From NCBI GenBank assembly GCA_947591475.1, contig CANQDE010000008.1:8635-72634 (forward strand): a stretch of 64,000 nt of DNA, written 5' to 3'. Numbering within the stretch: the first letter of the stretch is position 1; every line of letters starts with the position of its first letter. The position numbers and the translations under genes are program-made. This DNA is from an uncultured Alistipes sp. (GTDB lineage Bacteria; Bacteroidota; Bacteroidia; Bacteroidales; Rikenellaceae). Below the pieces are notes generated by a model. It had not been told where the DNA came from, searched no databases, and was given only the letters and a program-made list of their open reading frames with translations. Of the stretch, positions 62,262-64,000 are shown one piece after another.

Positions 62262-63755
62262 ATGAAACCCGAACCGACGGATTGTGAAGAACCCGGTGCA
62301 CTGCGGGACAAGGTAACGCGCGGCGTGGCTTGGAATCTGGCCGAAAAGACCGGTACGACGTTGATGCAGCTGGCCGTCAGTCTTATCCTCCTGCGTCTGT
62401 TGGCGCAGGAGGTCTGGGGATTGATGGCGATTCTGACGGCGGTTTCGGCCGTGTTGTTGGTCATCGTCGACAGCGGTTTTTCGCAGGCGCTCATCTGCCG
62501 CAAGGAGCCGTCGCAGTCCGATTTCAAATCGGTCTTTCTCTTCAACGTCGGAGTTTCGGTAGCGCTTTATCTGCTTTGCGTGGCGGCGGCGCCTGCCGCG
62601 GCCCGTTTCTACGACATGCCCGAGCTGGTGCCGTTGGCGCCGGTCTTCTTCTTGTTGTTGCCGGTCAATGCGTTGTGCGCCGTGCAGAACGCTATCCTTA
62701 TGCGGCAGTTCCGGTTCGCGCTGCTTTCGAAAGTAACCTTCGCTTCGTGGTTGGTCAGCGGACTTACCGCAATCGGTCTGGCGTTGGCTGGATGTGGCGT
62801 ATGGAGCATCGTCGCCCAGCGCGTGTTGCAGATGGCCGTGCGGGCCGGATTGCTTTGGGGATTCAGCGATTGGCGACCCGTCGGCAGAGCTTACGGAGTG
62901 AATCCCCTGCGACAGATGGCCCGATACAGTTTCAGCTTGATGTCCACCGAGTTGATTACCACGATTTACAATAAAATCCCGCAGTTCGTCATCGGACGGC
63001 TCTATCCCACCGCTGTGCTCGGGGCATTCGACCAAGCGGTGAAGCTCAAGGATCAGTCGGTCGGTTCGACGATGCTCTCCGTGCAGACCGTCATCTTTCC
63101 GGCTTTGACGAAGGTCGGCAGCGATGCCTGCCGTTTTGCCGACAGCTATCGGCAGATCGTGATGCTCGTGGCCTACCTGTTGTTCCCGATGATGATGGGC
63201 CTTTCTGCCGTGGCGCCCGACCTGTTCGCCGCATTGCTCGGCCAGAAGTGGATGTCGGCGGTGCCCTATTTCGAGGTGATTTGTTTGGTCGGGCTGTTCT
63301 ATCCGGTGGCGATGATTGCCTTCACCGTGCTGAAAGTCAAGAGCGACGGCCGAATCATCCTACGCATCGAGTTTTTGAAAAAGGGTCTGATGACGTTGGT
63401 GTTCGTTGCCGTGATTCCCGTCAGCGTACAGGCCGTAGTGTGGGGATTGGTCGTCATCGCCTTTTGCGAGATGGCGGTAAACGTCGTCGCTTCGATGCGG
63501 TTTACCGTGTTGACGATCCGCCGATTGTTGCGGACATTGTTGCCGATCGCCTGCGTTACGGCCGCGATGTATGGCACCGTGCGGCTGACCATGCGCTGCT
63601 TGCCTTTCGGCGATGCAGGACGATTGACGGTCGAAATCGTAGTCGGAATCGTCGTTTACGTGCTGCTCTCCGCTGTGTTCCGGTTGGAGGCGTTCCGCGA
63701 GACGGTCGCCCTCGTCAAACGCCAGCTCGGTCAATCCTCCTCCTCGACGATGTAA
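62262..63755 (+). CDS. MOP-superfamily polysaccharide flippase (Wzx/RfbX-like)
   Basis: 497 aa with ~12-14 TM helices. N-terminus RGVAWNLAEKTGTTLMQLAVSLILLRLL is typical of polysaccharide-biosynthesis-protein-family flippases. Confidence 0.82.
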   Translation: MKPEPTDCEEPGALRDKVTRGVAWNLAEKTGTTLMQLAVSLILLRLLAQEVWGLMAILTAVSAVLLVIVDSGFSQALICRKEPSQSDFKSVFLFNVGVSVALYLLCVAAAPAAARFYDMPELVPLAPVFFLLLPVNALCAVQNAILMRQFRFALLSKVTFASWLVSGLTAIGLALAGCGVWSIVAQRVLQMAVRAGLLWGFSDWRPVGRAYGVNPLRQMARYSFSLMSTELITTIYNKIPQFVIGRLYPTAVLGAFDQAVKLKDQSVGSTMLSVQTVIFPALTKVGSDACRFADSYRQIVMLVAYLLFPMMMGLSAVAPDLFAALLGQKWMSAVPYFEVICLVGLFYPVAMIAFTVLKVKSDGRIILRIEFLKKGLMTLVFVAVIPVSVQAVVWGLVVIAFCEMAVNVVASMRFTVLTIRRLLRTLLPIACVTAAMYGTVRLTMRCLPFGDAGRLTVEIVVGIVVYVLLSAVFRLEAFRETVALVKRQLGQSSSSTM

Positions 63756-63982
63756 ACCTGTTCGTCGCGCCGCTGCATGCGGAAACGCTCGCGGGCATAC
63801 TCCTCTAAATAATCGTCGTATTGCAGCTGTTCGACTAACGTGCTGTCCTGTTCGATTTTCTCCGAATAACGTTGCTTTTCCCGTTCCAGCGCACGGATTT
63901 CGCGTTTCGTGCGGATGGCGTGCAGCAGATTGCGCCCCGCGACCAATGCGGTGAGGAGCAGGATGATGCCCGTTACGGCCAT
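63731..63982 (-). CDS. FtsB/DivIC-like septum formation initiator (start uncertain; frame open to the window edge)
   Basis: A TM helix (AVTGIILLLTALVAG), a coiled coil, and a DDYLEEYARERFRMQRRDEQVYIV tail typical of the family. The frame continues upstream through 64000. Confidence 0.65.
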   Translation of the reverse strand: MAVTGIILLLTALVAGRNLLHAIRTKREIRALEREKQRYSEKIEQDSTLVEQLQYDDYLEEYARERFRMQRRDEQVYIVEEED

Positions 63983-64000
63983 CCATCCTTTTTTGCCGAC

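Overview
This 64-kb window appears to come from a high-GC Bacteroidota chromosome. The evidence is a SusC/SusD pair, TAnnTTTG-type -7 promoter boxes, and uppS-bamA-ompH-ompH and nadK/pdxJ synteny. A Rikenellaceae/Alistipes-like origin is only my guess. I call about 50 protein genes.

- **1-23.3 kb (all minus strand):** the tail of the dcw cluster (murG-murC-ftsQ-ftsA-ftsZ plus a GldE/CorC-like gene that runs off the window). Then comM-dnaB-comF-priA, yitT, dtd, an rluA-family gene and cdd. Then a five-gene chain, rnz-trmH-LuxE-like-Stealth-GT2, joined by four ATGA overlaps, and trxB.
- **23.7-27.3 kb:** an uncharacterised cytoplasmic operon of a DUF4954-like beta-helix protein, a vWA protein with a full MIDAS, and a degenerate kinase with WG repeats.
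- **27.6-49.8 kb:** a uronate-polysaccharide utilisation locus. It holds susC-susD, two IPT/TIG lipoproteins, two PL6-like and one PL17-like lyase, a KdgF-like cupin, an MFS transporter and an SDR. These are followed by an esterase, a jelly-roll lyase-like lipoprotein, a GntR regulator and an alginate_lyase-family protein. A TTGGT-N2-ACCAA palindrome recurs at its promoters.
- **49.9-64 kb:** ompH x2, bamA, uppS, nadK, pdxJ, an SGNH hydrolase, a cca-like gene, thiL, aroQ, pyk, a Wzx-like flippase and an ftsB-like gene.

I saw no rRNA, tRNA, CRISPR, transposase or integrase. The non-coding DNA is unusually repeat-rich:
- a ~196-bp hairpin-bearing MITE-like element in 6-7 copies, one inverted pair bracketing kdgF-MFS-SDR;
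- GC-rich REP-like repeats;
- modular ~30-bp units ending in TTAATAA, some in tandem arrays.

Two C9 homopolymers lie inside susC and the kinase-like gene. The best candidates for something new are the beta-helix/vWA/pseudokinase operon, the MITE-like family, the jelly-roll lyase-like plus esterase pair, and the Stealth/LuxE/GT2 chain. All homology calls come from motif recognition by eye and nothing was checked against a database.
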